NCBI RefSeq assembly: GCF_036971445.1
Contig: NC_091474.1
Coordinates: forward strand, 152,892,001 to 152,956,000
From: Narcine bancroftii
Lineage: Eukaryota
Reading direction: 5' to 3'
DNA length: 64,000 nt
The notes under the pieces are model-generated. The model saw only the letters and a list, made by a program, of their open reading frames with translations. It had not been told where the DNA came from and ran no database searches. This document shows, in pieces, positions 40,701 through 57,164 of the stretch (position 1 is its first letter; each line of letters begins with the position of its first letter). The position numbers and the translations under genes were made by a program.

Positions 40701-43700
40701 CCTACAGCCCTGAATTGTACCCTTGAAATTTCCCCGCTGATAGCAAAACATGGAAAGAATCATATGATTGGGGAGGAACTGATTAAACCCACAGTATCAT
40801 TGTTTCTCAAAACAGTTCTGCAAAAGGATGTCTGAGCAATGTCCATTGAGTCATAGTACTGTTTGCATCAGAATAAATGACATGGGTCAAGATGTTGAAA
40901 AACAGCTTATTGAGAAGTTGAAATCATGAAAGTTCTCAATACAACTGGATGAATCGACTGTACATGACAGTGAGGCTTTGTATTGGCATACGTGAGATAG
41001 ATTGATCAGGAAGAGTTTCAAGAAGAAATGTTTTTTTGTGTATCATTGGAAACAACCACCATTGTAGTTGATATCTACAGCAAGCTCAAAAATTATTTGG
41101 ATGAAAATGAAATGCCAAAAGAAAACATGGTGCTGCAGATGGTGCACCTGTGGTTTTAAATTAATGAAGGATGAAAATCCAAACATGTTGGTTGTGCATT
41201 GTGTTATCCACCAAGGAAACTTAGTTGCCAAGAAAGTTTCCCCTGATACTGTATTCTGTGTATCAACGCCAGCGAAGCTAATGCTAAATGTGAACGTCTG
41301 TTTAAGTAACTTTGTTTTGCTAAAAATTCAGAACAAGTGAGATTATTGCTTCCCACTAAAGTAAGGTGGTTGTCAAAGGGAAACTGCTTCAAAATGTGTA
41401 TGGAACTGTGAAAGGAACCATGATGCGGCTATCTAATGAGATCAAAAAAAAATACCCAAATTTAACTACTATAGCAAGGGAACTATTGATACATTTTCCA
41501 TTGTATTATTTGGTAGAATGTGGCTTCAGGGCTGTTAATGATTTGCTACAAGCTAAGGAAGACATGAGAATGATAACTAGGAAAGAGAGAAAGCAAGTAT
41601 GTTTTCAGTGATGGATGGGTGGATGGATGATGGACAAATGGAATATCTGTGATAGTGTGAGACCAAATTACTTAATGTGCCATTTAAGTTGCTGATTATG
41701 CCCATGTCTTTATGAAATGTATTGTGCATAGTACAAAGAGAATATTTCTCAAGGAATATTTGTAATTATTTTTTAAAATTTAGACATACAACACGGTAAC
41801 AGGCAATTTCAGCCCATGAGTCCATGCCGCCCAATTTATACTCCATGAACCTACATCCCCGGTACGTTTTGAATGATGGGTGGAATCCGGAACCCCCGGA
41901 GAAAACCCACGCAAACACAGGAAAAATGTACAAACTCATTAGAGTACAAACAGACTTCACGGGATTCAAACCCCGGTCCAGTCCCAATCATTGGTGCTGT
42001 AAAGGCATTGTGCTAACTGCTATGCCAACCATCTGCCCAATGTGGATTTAGAATTCAGAGTGGCAGTCAATAAGAAGTGGGTTGATAGTAGGTTATGTAA
42101 TGTTATGGAGATTGGAGCTGTCACACTCACAGAGTTACTGCAAGCGAGAAAAAATTCTTGGCTCCCTTCCCAAACACAAAGACCAGATTCCCATCTGCAG
42201 TTAAAGAGCACACTAAATAATTTGGTAAGTGGAGATTTTATGTTTGTTTATCAATTACATTAATGATTTCTCCTTTTATAAAATCATAAAGTTGTGTGAT
42301 TTTCTACATACCCATCTAACTTTTGAAAAGACAGAAATGTTTCTTCTCCTTCATATGGTTTAAAGTCAATGCATGATTTCAAGCGATATTGCTCAAATGC
42401 AAGCAAGATAACACCCTTGGCATTTAGTTCTGAAAAGAAAAATTGAAATTATTTATACAGCAAACCAACATTAATTACAATTCCCAAATGAAAAAAAATT
42501 ATAAATCTTTTAGTTTGTATTAGATAAACATACATAAAATGTACATGAGATGTTTAGTGTTTTAAAAGTGCACTCTATATACTATATATTATATATAAAG
42601 AGAATAAATATATTGACCACTCCCTCTAAAAGTGGCACATGAAGCACTGATCTGTTTTAATCTCATTATTTAATTTCAGGCTAATAAATGGAATAATGAA
42701 CCTAAATGATAGTCTATGAGGCTAAGATGTAATTTAGTAGTCATCTTCTATTCCAGGTCCAAATCAAATATTCTGTTTTAAATTTTACATTAAACAACAA
42801 TATTGAATAAATATGTTAACAGACTAAGTATCAATCTCTTTATTTTTGTATGAATGAACATCTCGCTCAAAACAGAAAAAGGCACACATCTTCAATGCAG
42901 CAAATGCTGATTTTTTAAAAACCTTGCTTAAATTTCCAATGTGGCTATTCATGTTCACTTATTTTGGTCTAACTTTACTTACTAAATGATAGATAACAAA
43001 TTATGAGTTTGAAAAAATACAAGCAGATGGGGGTTTTGCTTTTATACTGTTTTGGAACATGAAGCTGACTTTAGTCTAGAGTTATCTAACATTGGGCTTA
43101 ATATTTATTACAGAATGTCACATCAAAACTAATTGCAATAAATGAAGTTAAGAGAACTAAATGATTGACCACGAGGCTGATACGTGCTCCAGTGGTCACC
43201 TTCTATACTTGACTCAATGTTATTCTGCTTTTACATTAAACAACAATGAATAAATATGTTATTAGGCCCTAAAGTGAAAAGCTATACAGCTGTGAAATGC
43301 CCATTTCACTTTTGAATTCTAGTAGCTTGTCCTAAATAAAATTGTTAATGTCAACATTTCAAAGTGTCATGTTTTGAAGCATTATACAAACATGCAATAA
43401 CAAGATAATGATGATACATTGTTAACAATGGATTCTTTAATCAGTATATTAATCACAGTGTTTGAATACCTTCAGATTATTTATAAATTTATAAATAAAA
43501 TGTTACCAAGGGAATCATTCAAAATATATGGAATAGGAAATGTCCATCTCATTGTTGGATCTTTAAGAGCATTTCGTTTTTTCTGAAACAAAGTGAGGAA
43601 TTAGTAAGACATGAAAGATGAAAACATGGTACTATATCTTAATATATTATGAGTCAATTTGATTAACTTACTTACAGGCAATACAATGTCTCCTTGAAAC

Positions 43701-44227
43701 AAAAACCTTTGCGAAGCTATGAGAAAGGTAATCGGAGAAATCCATTATAAGATATATGCATGGTGATTAAAGAAGTAATGAAATAAATAATTTACAATAA
43801 TCCCAAGAAATTTAACTGGAGATATATAGTCATTTTTAAAAGACATAACTAGAAAGATGCTAGAGAATGCATTCGTTAAGATTACTTTTAAACTCACCTG
43901 CATTTATTTGTGGGATGTCCTCCCTAAAATCCCCAACATCTACTTCATAATCTAATTAACAGAGAATTAGAAATTAATGTGTTAAATATTAAAGGACAAC
44001 TTGTGAAAAAGCTTTTAAAATATGTGGAAAATCAAAAAGACAAAATATCACAATCTTTACCATTTTTAGAAGGAATCTCTTTGATCTGGAAAAAAAAATA
44101 TGTATAAGTGGTGTAACAACATTAAAAAAAATTATTTGAATCTGAAAGTAGTGTAACTTACCACTAAAGTATTACAATAAGCAAACAAAACTATTAAAGA
44201 AAAGGAAAACACTGCAGAAGAGTTCAT
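20616..44227 (-). CDS. MEP1A: Meprin A subunit alpha, complete 14-exon coding span (2115 nt spliced, 704 aa)
   Basis: Exons joined by hand with GT-AG boundaries and matching phases give one uninterrupted ORF. It contains FQGDI (pro-domain Asp switch), [12 protein letters not shown] (astacin zinc motif), SVMHY (Met-turn), MAM, MATH, an RHRR furin site, EGF, TM and a short tail. The furin site, short tail and ANKRD66 neighbour identify alpha rather than beta. Confidence 0.96.
21170..21590 (+). mobile_element. Degenerate CR1 3' end in the last MEP1A intron
   Basis: acatttaaaagacatttggataggtacatggatagg...gggccaaagggcctgtttccatgctgtat. Confidence 0.7.
21876..22059 (-). CDS. MEP1A: MEP1A exon 13, I-domain with furin site and EGF domain
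   Basis: [11 protein letters not shown]...RHRR/AA...[22 protein letters not shown]. Confidence 0.95.
23876..24049 (-). CDS. MEP1A: MEP1A exon 12, end of MATH/TRAF domain
   Basis: Hand translation [58 protein letters not shown]; not in the ORF track. Confidence 0.95.
24550..24810 (+). mobile_element. tRNA-derived SINE
   Basis: A/B-box-like head plus tgtaaggagtttgtacattctcccc...gtgggtttcctccgg core; related copies at about 23025 and 41770. Confidence 0.7.
26227..26688 (-). CDS. MEP1A: MEP1A exon 11, end of MAM and MATH/TRAF domain
   Basis: [16 protein letters not shown]...[14 protein letters not shown]...RMSS; within ORF 26180..26713. Confidence 0.96.
26990..30520 (+). mobile_element. Long degenerate CR1 LINE (endonuclease through RT to 3' end) in MEP1A intron 10
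   Basis: [15 protein letters not shown] (EN); ORFs 28865, 28966 and 30016 (EYCVQFWPP...[15 protein letters not shown]); many stops and frameshifts. Confidence 0.9.
27333..28263 (+). mobile_element. L1-clade LINE 3' fragment nested in CR1
   Basis: 10-bp TSD ACAGAAAGTT (27323-27332 / 28264-28273), AATAAA plus A-rich tail, ORF2 C-terminal remnant ([11 protein letters not shown]...LSLEKI). Confidence 0.85.
30546..30761 (+). mobile_element. Possible short solo LTR
   Basis: TGTAAC...CAACA with internal TATAAAA and AATAAA; no clear TSD. Confidence 0.4.
31710..32230 (+). mobile_element. Gypsy 5' LTR end, PBS and gag fragment
   Basis: ...CATCACA then TG-TACCAGGAG (31886-31896; tRNA-Leu(TAA)-like PBS lacking one G); gag-like MESVKNPD...[17 protein letters not shown]...[14 protein letters not shown]. 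Confidence 0.8.
32540..33570 (+). mobile_element. Old, highly degenerate CR1
   Basis: Residual motifs such as attaggaaggcaaatagcatg and ggtgagaatgcatttggaa. Confidence 0.55.
34042..34257 (-). CDS. MEP1A: MEP1A exon 10, MAM domain
   Basis: DAGYFMYF...[25 protein letters not shown]; within ORF 34028..34243. Confidence 0.96.
34390..35482. mobile_element. Penelope-like element remnants in inverted arrangement
   Basis: GIY-YIG remnant [17 protein letters not shown] (ORF 34912..35484); outer ends are diverged reverse complements. Confidence 0.75.
34706..34744. repeat. (GA)n microsatellite
   Basis: Direct inspection. Confidence 0.95.
38245..38391 (-). CDS. MEP1A: MEP1A exon 9, MAM domain start
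   Basis: [23 protein letters not shown]...DHTVNGKCR; retains the MAM Cys used for inter-subunit disulfide in meprins. Confidence 0.95.
38493..38714 (-). CDS. MEP1A: MEP1A exon 8, Met-turn exon
   Basis: YDYESVMHY...[21 protein letters not shown]; within ORF 38458..38760. Confidence 0.97.
39224..39399 (-). CDS. MEP1A: MEP1A exon 7, catalytic zinc-binding exon
   Basis: CWSFVG...[22 protein letters not shown] (HExxHxxGxxH); within ORF 39141..39407. Confidence 0.97.
39735..41600 (+). mobile_element. hAT (Buster/Charlie-type) DNA transposon remnant in MEP1A intron 6
   Basis: ORF 40473..40835 [16 protein letters not shown]...[10 protein letters not shown]; QLDEST, HCVIHQ and RWLSKG motifs; frameshifts and an internal deletion; ends approximate. 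Confidence 0.85.
41770..42040 (-). mobile_element. tRNA-derived SINE
   Basis: Reverse complement of the family at 24550. Confidence 0.7.
42312..42429 (-). CDS. MEP1A: MEP1A exon 6 ([40 protein letters not shown])
   Basis: LNAKG...[14 protein letters not shown] meprin signature; CAG acceptor, GTATGT donor. Confidence 0.95.
43507..43582 (-). CDS. MEP1A: MEP1A exon 5 ([25 protein letters not shown]), activation site and start of the astacin domain
   Basis: R/NAL...[10 protein letters not shown] matches the meprin mature N-terminus. Confidence 0.95.
43676..43716 (-). CDS. MEP1A: MEP1A exon 4 ([14 protein letters not shown])
   Basis: Astacin aspartate-switch motif FQGDI; GTAAGT donor. Confidence 0.93.
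43898..43951 (-). CDS. MEP1A: MEP1A exon 3 (propeptide, [18 protein letters not shown])
   Basis: TAG acceptor, GTGAGT donor, DIxxIN propeptide motif. Confidence 0.9.
44061..44085 (-). CDS. MEP1A: MEP1A exon 2 (25 nt, IKEIPSKN)
   Basis: Poly-T/CAG acceptor, GTAAAG donor; resembles mammalian IKYLPEEN. Confidence 0.85.
44162..44227 (-). CDS. MEP1A: MEP1A coding exon 1, signal peptide [22 protein letters not shown]
   Basis: ATG, hydrophobic 22 codons, donor GTAAGT, phase 0. Confidence 0.88.
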
Positions 44228-44279
44228 GTTTATCAGTGGAGAGCAAATCCTTCAATTCAGTGCCTGTTTTACGTGGGCA

Positions 44280-44365
44280 CTGTTAAATTCAATTTTCAAC
44301 TTGGTCTTTGTACAGATAGCACTTTATAGGATGATTGGGGTACAAATCTACATTAATAAACATGT
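44280..44365 (-). promoter_or_regulatory. Candidate MEP1A proximal promoter
   Basis: Within about 135 bp upstream of the ATG: HNF4-like DR1 TGTACAAAGACCA (44302-44314), GATA AGATAG (44314-44319), TATAAA/CDX-like (44323-44328), CDX-like TTTATTA (44354-44360). Motif match only. Confidence 0.4.
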
Positions 44366-45049
44366 AATGAGAGCAATAGTCCAACAATCTTTCTTCTAGT
44401 ACCACCTTCATAGGTTTAAGAATATTATTTTGAGCCTTGTTTTCTGTCTAGTAAATTATTAAGATAATTCAACAGGATAGTGAATAATTCACTCAGAAAA
44501 TTGAACAGTGTTTGCTATCTCTCCAAATAAAACTGCTGACATAGGGTTTATATATCATTCATGAAGCAATTCAAATATGACTAACATATTTTAATTTCCA
44601 TTCTGAGCCTGCTGCGTGATGAAATGTACAAAATTCTGAGTGGAGATATAGAGTTGATAATTTTCTGGCTTCGTTGCTTAGAATTGGGGACCACATATTA
44701 AAACTGAGGGCAGAGGTAGAGATAGGGATGCATTTTTTTCATGCAGAGGATATTACAGCTTTATCATCCTCTATCCCTGAGTGGCTGAGTATATTCAAGC
44801 CAAGGTGTCAGGAACAAGAGTGTAGTGGGCACTAGAGTTCGGGTTTATGGACAGATGTGTCACAAAAGGTAGGAATCAGGGGCGTGTAGAAATGTTGTGC
44901 AGGTATATAGTCAGAGTTGGATGTTTGGGACGTAGACAGTTTTATGGCCAGACCTGGAGATTGGGTCAGATGTGTGGCTGGATCGAGAGATTGGATGTGT
45001 GGCACAGTTCATGGCTAGGGAATTTGGGAATGTGATCAGATGTGAGGTC

Positions 45050-46196
45050 ATGATTGCTATATGGAGAGATCTCTTATGTCTTTTGAACAATTAAGAGATG
45101 TATACCAAGTGCTTAATGGGGCTTTTTGTTTTGTTTTCTCCAGCTAAGATTGTTCCTGAGAGAAAAATTGGAGCCAAGTCTATCCTCACTTGAAATAAGT
45201 GAAATGGAACAAACGATTTGGCTCGGGAATACACCTAAATTTATAACTAAGATCTACTATGCTCTCCAGAATGAAAGTGTGAAACTAGGATTATAGAGAT
45301 CGAGAGAGAGATGGGAGTCGGATCCAGGTGTTGCAATAATGGAAAGGTTGGTCTGATTGGTGTTTGGATAGCATGACATCAACTATAAATGCAAGATGCA
45401 GATTAGTCCAATATAATTTCCTGCACCAATTATACCTCCCACCACATAAGTTGCATAAATCAAAATCTGAAATATCACAGATGTGTTTTAGGCATGGGAT
45501 AGAAATAGGAATGTTCTTATATGCGACGTGGTCATGTGTGAAGGTGAGACCTTTCTGGCAGATATTACTGAAATATTAACAAGAATAACAGGGGAGGCCT
45601 TCACGAGGTCATATTCCAACTGAAAGGGGACTTCTAAATCTTCAGAAGAAAATTGCATTCATAAATCTACCTTTTGGGAAATTTCATTGAAATAAATAAT
45701 TTCAATTCATTGAAATAAGTAATTATCTAAATTCCAATAGTCTTAGCAGTGGCTAAGAAATGTATTGCAATAACTTGGAAATTTAACTCCCCTCTACGTA
45801 TAACACAATGGACTGCTGAAATGATTTTTTCCATATACCCATGGAAAAAAATTACATACAACTTAAAGAACAAATATGACATATTTATTAAGGTATGGCA
45901 GCCATATATGGATCATTTAGGATCCCATTTGTAATTATAAATATAATTTTAAAAAAGATAATAATAAATGCTGCTAAAGTATAAATGCCAGTGACTTCCC
46001 CATATAGAATTCTCAATGATCAGCATAAATGTGAGTCCCGACAGTGTGTGGATTTATACTATGAAAGGGGGGGGGGGGGGATATTTTGTTTGTTTTTTGG
46101 TTAAAAAAATTTATATATAATATATTTTTTTTAATATTGGAAGGTTTTTCTATGTACATTTATGGAAAAAATCAAAAATAAGATATTTTTAAAAAG
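45050..46196 (+). mobile_element. L1-clade LINE 3' fragment upstream of MEP1A
   Basis: ORFs 45364..45579 (INARCRLVQYNFLHQLY) and 45749..45934 (AKKCIAITWK...FIKVWQPY); A-rich tail. Confidence 0.82.
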
Positions 46197-46389
46197 ATGT
46201 GAGTCAAAGCTTTCCTGATCTAGGCAAAGCCAGAGATCAGGAACATGTGTAACATTGGGAACGAGAGACTGGGAGCATGGGTGTGTAAGGGAAGGTTAGA
46301 AGTGGGGAGGGAGGCAGTCGATGAGGGCTCCTGTGCTTGTGTTTGTGTTGGGGGGGAGAGTGGTGGGACTGAGTGTGTGTGTGTGTGTG

Positions 46390-48930
46390 TGTATGGCAAC
46401 ACCAGAAGTCCAGACATGAACACATGATAGATTACATACATCATTAACTACAAGAATGTACACATCATTCCTGCCATGACAGCAGAAATGATGGCTGGAC
46501 TAATTACTGTCAAAGCTACTCTTTTGTCTTCATCAAACTGGCCCTAAAACATCAGCAGCAAGAAAAATATTGCAAGAAAGTCAATGTTAGAGCTATCAAG
46601 GACCCATCAAACGCAACGGCCACATATCACAGACAAACTGTTAATTATCTGCCAAGAGAAGCCATAGGGTGTCCATGGCTTATTAACTACCCTAAAGTCT
46701 TCCATAATTTGTACTGAGGAAGATATTCCATGTTTCTCTATCAAGAAGAACCAGAACTGGTCTGATGAGAATAAACAGGTTATGAAGGAGTTAATTAATG
46801 AAAAACAATGGTAGATTGTTTATAGATATGTCAAGAGGAAAAGATTGGTGAAATCCAGAGTAGGTCCCTTGCAGTCAGAATCAGGGGAATAATATAATGG
46901 GGAATAAGGAAATGGCAGACCAATTAAATTCTTACTTTAGTTGAAAGAAATCAGTATCTCTAAGGACATGGTCTTGGGGAAATTGAAGGGATTGAAGGCA
47001 GATAAATCCCAAGGGCCTGATAATCTACATCCTAGTGTACTTAAGGAAGTGGACATTCAGATAGCAGATACTTTAAGAATTATTTTCCAGAACTCGATAG
47101 ACTCAGGATCAGTACCCATGGATTGGAGGGTAGCTAATGTTACCCCACTATTTAAAAAGGGGGGTAGAGAAAAAGCGGGGAATTATAGGCCGTTGAGCCT
47201 TACATCAGTAGTGGGCAAAATGATGGAATCCATTATTAAGGATGTAATAGCGGAGCATATAACTAGCAGAGAAGGGATCGGACAGAGTCAACATGGATTT
47301 ACAAAAGGTAAATCATGCTTGACAAGTCTATTGGAATTCTTTGAGATGGTGACAGGTAAAATTGATGGGGGAGAGTCAGTGGATGTGGTGTACCTGGATT
47401 TCCAAAAGGCCTTCGATAAGGTCCCACATAAATGACTGGCATGCAAAATCAAGGCTCATGGGATTGGGGGCAAGGTATTGATGTGGATTGAGAACTGGCT
47501 GGCAGATAGAAGACAGAGAGTTGAGATAAATGGCTCGTTTTCTGAGTGGCAGGTGGTGACCAGTGGGGTGCAACAGGGATCTGTACTGGGACCCCAGCTG
47601 TTCACAATTTACATTAATGATCTAGATGAGGGGATTGGATGTAATATCTCCAAATTTGCACACAACCCTAAGCTAGGAAGGGTTGTGGTTAAGAGGGGGT
47701 CAGGAAGCTCCAGTGTGATTTGGATAAATTGGGCAGATACATGGCAAATGCACTACAATAACCGGAGGTCAGATTACTATTTGAATGGCAATAGATTGGG
47801 AGATGGGGAAGTTCAGAGAGACCTAGGGTTTCTTGTGCACCAGTCACTGAAGGCGAGCATGCAGGTACAGCAGGTGGTTAAAAAGGCAAATGGTATGTTG
47901 GCCTTCATATCAAGAGGGTTTGAGTATAGGAATAAGGATACTTTACAGAGCCTTGGTGAGACCACACCTGGAGTATTGTGTGCAATTTTGGTCGCCTTAT
48001 CTGAGGAAGGATGTTCTTGCAATGGAGGGAGTGCAAAGGCGATTCACCAGGCTGATACCTGGAAGGGCAGGAATGACTTATGAGGAAAGATTGCGCAATT
48101 TGGGATTGTACTCACTGGAGTTTATAAAATTGAGAGGGGATCTCATAGAGACATAAAATTCTGGCAGGACAGGACAGAATGGATGTGGAAGGGATGTTTC
48201 CAATGGTGGGGGAGTCCAGAACCCGGGGCCATGGTTCAAGGATAATAGGCCAACCATTTAGGACCGAGATGAGGAGGAATTTCTTTACCCAAAGGGTGGT
48301 GAATCTGTGCAATTCATTGCCACAGAGAGCAGTAGAGGCAGGTTCATTGAATATATTTAAGAGGGAATTAGATATATTTCTTCAGTATAAGGGAATTAGG
48401 GGTTATGGAGAGAAGGTGAGGACGGGGTACTGAACTTTAAGATCAGCCATGATCTCATTGAATGCCGGAGCAGGCTTGAAGGGCCGAATGATCTACTCCT
48501 GCTCCTATCTTCTATGTTTCTATAAACTCTACCATTCTTCAAAGAAAAAAAAACAGCTCCACAGGAACCTGAATGCAGCAGTCCAGCAGAAAACCCTTCA
48601 TCTGAAGAACAGGTAATAAGTAAAACAGTGCTGGAGGGCCAGAAATTCACTGGCATTCATAACATGAACTGGTTCTTCAGTGCTGACAGAACTCAAAAAC
48701 TCAGGATCCACCCCACTGATGACCCAGGATGGTGAGCTTAACCAGGGGCACAGAGGCAGTGAACACATACATGGTGGAAGAATGTTGTGATGACTTCTTC
48801 AACAAATGTGAGATCACACTCCTTCAGGTTAGCACCCATGCTTTCATCTGGTAACAATTTCTTCAGTCCAGCTTTCCTGCCAGTCGGCAAGGTCATATTC
48901 CAACTGAAAGGGCACTTCTAAATCTGCAGA
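46390..48930 (+). mobile_element. Old RTE-type LINE ORF remnant split by a CR1 insertion
   Basis: Degenerate IDYII...AMT and QNWSDEN (cf. QDWFDEN) at 46400-46810, continuing at 48530-48930. Confidence 0.55.
46812..48522 (+). mobile_element. CR1 LINE RT-3' fragment
   Basis: ORFs 46941..47435 (NYRPLSLTSVVGK, YLDFQKAFDKVPH), 47478..48083 (QGSVLGPQLF), 47890 and 48179. Confidence 0.93.
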
Positions 48931-49964
48931 AAAACTGCATTCATAAATCTACATTTTTACATCTAACAAAATAGGAGATCTCTAGGACCCAAGAGTTGAC
49001 ATAAACATCTTCAAGAAAAGGAGGTGTAAATAGTAGGGTGTGAGTAAATGAAGGTGGGATAATGATGGATGGTGGAGGATGGAGTGAAATGCAACATACA
49101 GAATTCTGCTATACTTGGACAAGAAATGTTGGGTAATATATATTTCCCTCCAATGGATGCTGCAGGACCTCCTGAGTTTCTCTAGCTCTTTTGTTAAATA
49201 CAATCATAGCATTTTCAGACTTCCTTGTTTCACTTACAAAATTCTTACAGGGTTTCACAGGTTGGATGTAGGGATGGGGCGGGGGTGGGGGGCTGTCTTA
49301 GGTAACAGGGTATGACATTTAGATCTGAGAAGAAGAAACATTTCTTCAGTCTGATAATCCTGTCATATTCTTCTCACAAATCTGAAGAGGCCAAGGTTCT
49401 TGAATGGACTCAAAAATCATCAAGAGGTAGGAATATGGCATTGATCTAGAACAGAAGATCTGAAATGCTGGTGGTTTATTATAGGTCGCTCAAGGTGATG
49501 TGACAAAACAGGACATTAATGATGCAATAAACATGTAATATATACATGATTGTAATTTTAATGACAAAATTTCTCCAAAAATATTCACACCTAAACAAAG
49601 CTCCTGTTGGTCAACTGGAAAAAGGCTTAACCTTGCCATTCCCATCTCCTCCCCCCCAACTAGTGGTCCATGGATTTGTTATTGGTAATCTATGGTCAGC
49701 AAAGATCTGTGGCTAGAATAGGCTGAGAGCTGATTTAACGAATCCTCATAATCGTATTGAATAGTAGTGCAGCCTCAAAGGGCTGAATGGCTTATTTTGG
49801 TCCACTTTTTCTCTTTCTAGCTCATGTACAAAGATCAGTAATAAAGGCTGTTTTGTGAACAGCCAGGATATAGTATAATTAGTAAGATAGTAAAAGCTTG
49901 CAGAGATATGGATAGACATCAAATGATGAGAAATAAAGGCAATATAATTTTTGTACTTTAGATT

Positions 49965-50525
49965 CATTCAGGAGGCTTATAATAGTGGAAAATAAACAGT
50001 CCTTGAATCTGGTGGCGCATGATCTCACACTTATGAATATTCTTCCTGACTGGAGAGGTGAAGAGTGTGGCTGAGGTGAGATGAGCCTTTAAGCACGTTG
50101 ACTGCTTTTCCAAAGCAGCAGGGGTTAAGAACAGTATCATGCAGGGGGCAGAGGTGTGTATGATGGATGGAGCCATGCTCACATCATTCTGAGGTTTCTT
50201 GCCATCTTGGGCAAAGCAGTTCCCATGCACACAATGATGCACCTTGTTAAGATGCTTTCAATGTGAGATGCCAAATTCCCTTAGGTTTCTGAGGAAATAG
50301 AGGTGCTTGTGTGCTTTTTGGCAATTGCATTGATGTGGGTGGACAGAACAAGTCATTGGAGATGATTACTCCCAGGAACTTAAAGTGGTCTACTATCTCT
50401 ACCTCAGGCCCATTGGTGTAGACTAGGGAGTGAGCTTCACCCCTCCTCTGGAAGTCTTTAACCAACCCTTTGTTCTTGCTGGCGTAAAGGGAGATGTTAT
50501 TGCCTTTGCACTAAGCCACGTCCCT
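49965..50525 (-). mobile_element. Rex1/Babar LINE fragment
   Basis: EIVDHFKFLGVIISNDL (ORF 50247..50465). Confidence 0.7.
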
Positions 50526-52262
50526 CTTTTTCTCGACTGTACTCTATTTTGTCAGTTTAGGTGGTGACTAAAGGTAGATTCAGTGATAGCAAAGACTGAT
50601 AGTAAGAGAGATTAAAGGAGGGTAGATGCCAAGGGAGGCAGCAGTCTTAAAATTACTTCACATATTGTAGTTTTAATCATTTAATAAAATTACAAATTTA
50701 TTTCATTCTAAACATTTTAAAACTGCATAAGCTACAAATCTACAAATACATCAATTTTAGTGTAAAAATCAGTACACAGTAAGCAGTATTCAATTACAGC
50801 TAGGTTAAAATTCAATTTGCAAAACTGTATTGCTAAATTGTTTGAATACGAGATATACTTGAGTTTCAATATCTCAGTATTCCATGGGGTAAAGAAATTG
50901 TAATCTTAAATGACCATCAGGTGACAACTCTTTCAGTCAAATTATAGATTTTTGACTAACAGGAGAATTAAATTAATGGGGAATAGGTAGGTAAATGGAG
51001 CAGAGTCAATGGGTCGGATACCCTACTCTTGCTCCTAATTCTTATGTTCTTAAATGTATTAGAGTTATTTCTTGCACCTTTAAACAAAGGTTGACATTGT
51101 GAAAATGATGGAACAATTCTCCAAAGAATAGCAATAAATGGTGCAAGAACCAATGAAACATTTTATATGTTCCTCACCACCAAATTGTCAATCTATGTGC
51201 AAACTTAGATCCCAAATTAAGGAAATTTTCATCTGCACAGCAGCAGGGCTGCATCACTTTATAGACTGGCAAAAAAAAAAACTATGTATAATGAGAGGAA
51301 TCATTTTTTTCTGCTATTTTACAATAAGGCTGACTAGAGATTTTCTTTAATTTCCAAATGGATCCAAAAAAGGAAATGGCTCAGTTGTTAAATACAGTAA
51401 CAAAGGTGAATTTGTACTACTTGGCATATCCAACATTAGTGTCAAATGCCAGTCCACTTTACAAAATTACCAACCAACCAAATTCAGTTTTGCACAAGGG
51501 TTAAGTACTGTAATTGCAACTTCAACTCCAATAACTGGCATTCATCTGCCAAGTTTCTTACTTCAGAGCCATGTGCTTCCACTGTCTCCTCCACTTCCAA
51601 CGTTAAACAGATTAGGAGATTGTGCATTGAGAACTAGAAATAAGATAATAAAATTGCAATACCACTGCAAAGAAGTCATTTGTGTGAAATCCACGCATCA
51701 TGCATGCAACATATACCCAGTATTTATTAGAATCTTGGAATGTTGGGAGTTGGTCTTTCACATCTTGAAAGCAGCAATGAAATGTTTGAAAGTAATGTTA
51801 TATCAAAATTCCATTGAGAAATTCATCTTGTGTCACAATTTTTCCAGTTACACTTTTCCAGAAAATACCAAATTCACTGGTGTCAAGCTGTTGCATTGCT
51901 TTAAGACCATTATAAGTAGGGGCAGAATTAGGCAATCCCATCCATTGACTCTGCTCCTTATTCAATTCATGGCTGATGTACAGTATTTTACCTTTCAACT
52001 CCATTCTCCTGCCTTATTCTCATAATCTTTGACATTCTTACTAATCAAGAACCAATCAATCTTTGGTTTAAATGTACCCAATAGTTTCAGCCCAAGGTTT
52101 ATTTGGAAGAGAGCATGATTCTGCAGGAACATAAAATTTGTGCCTTGGAGACTGATCGATTCAATCCAAACAAAACCATCAGTTTAAGTAAGTTCAGGTC
52201 ATTACATTACTTTTTTCTCACCTGGACAAAATTTTATTTTATCTCTTTTTTGCAAACTTTAT

Positions 52263-57129
<4,867 letters not shown>

Positions 57130-57164
57130 TTAAATTTGTAATTTATGGTTTATTTATGATACCT

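Noticed and set aside
40434-41611. Domesticated ZBED/SCAND-like transposase gene
   Set aside because: Multiple stops, frameshifts and a large internal deletion; a fossil transposon.
20616-44227. Calling the meprin MEP1B
   Set aside because: It has an I-domain furin site, a very short cytoplasmic tail, the VQVHG juxtamembrane motif and ANKRD66 linkage, all alpha features.
51446-52025. ORFs of 63-150 aa downstream of ANKRD66
   Set aside because: No domain similarity or splice support; likely 3' UTR or intergenic chance ORFs.
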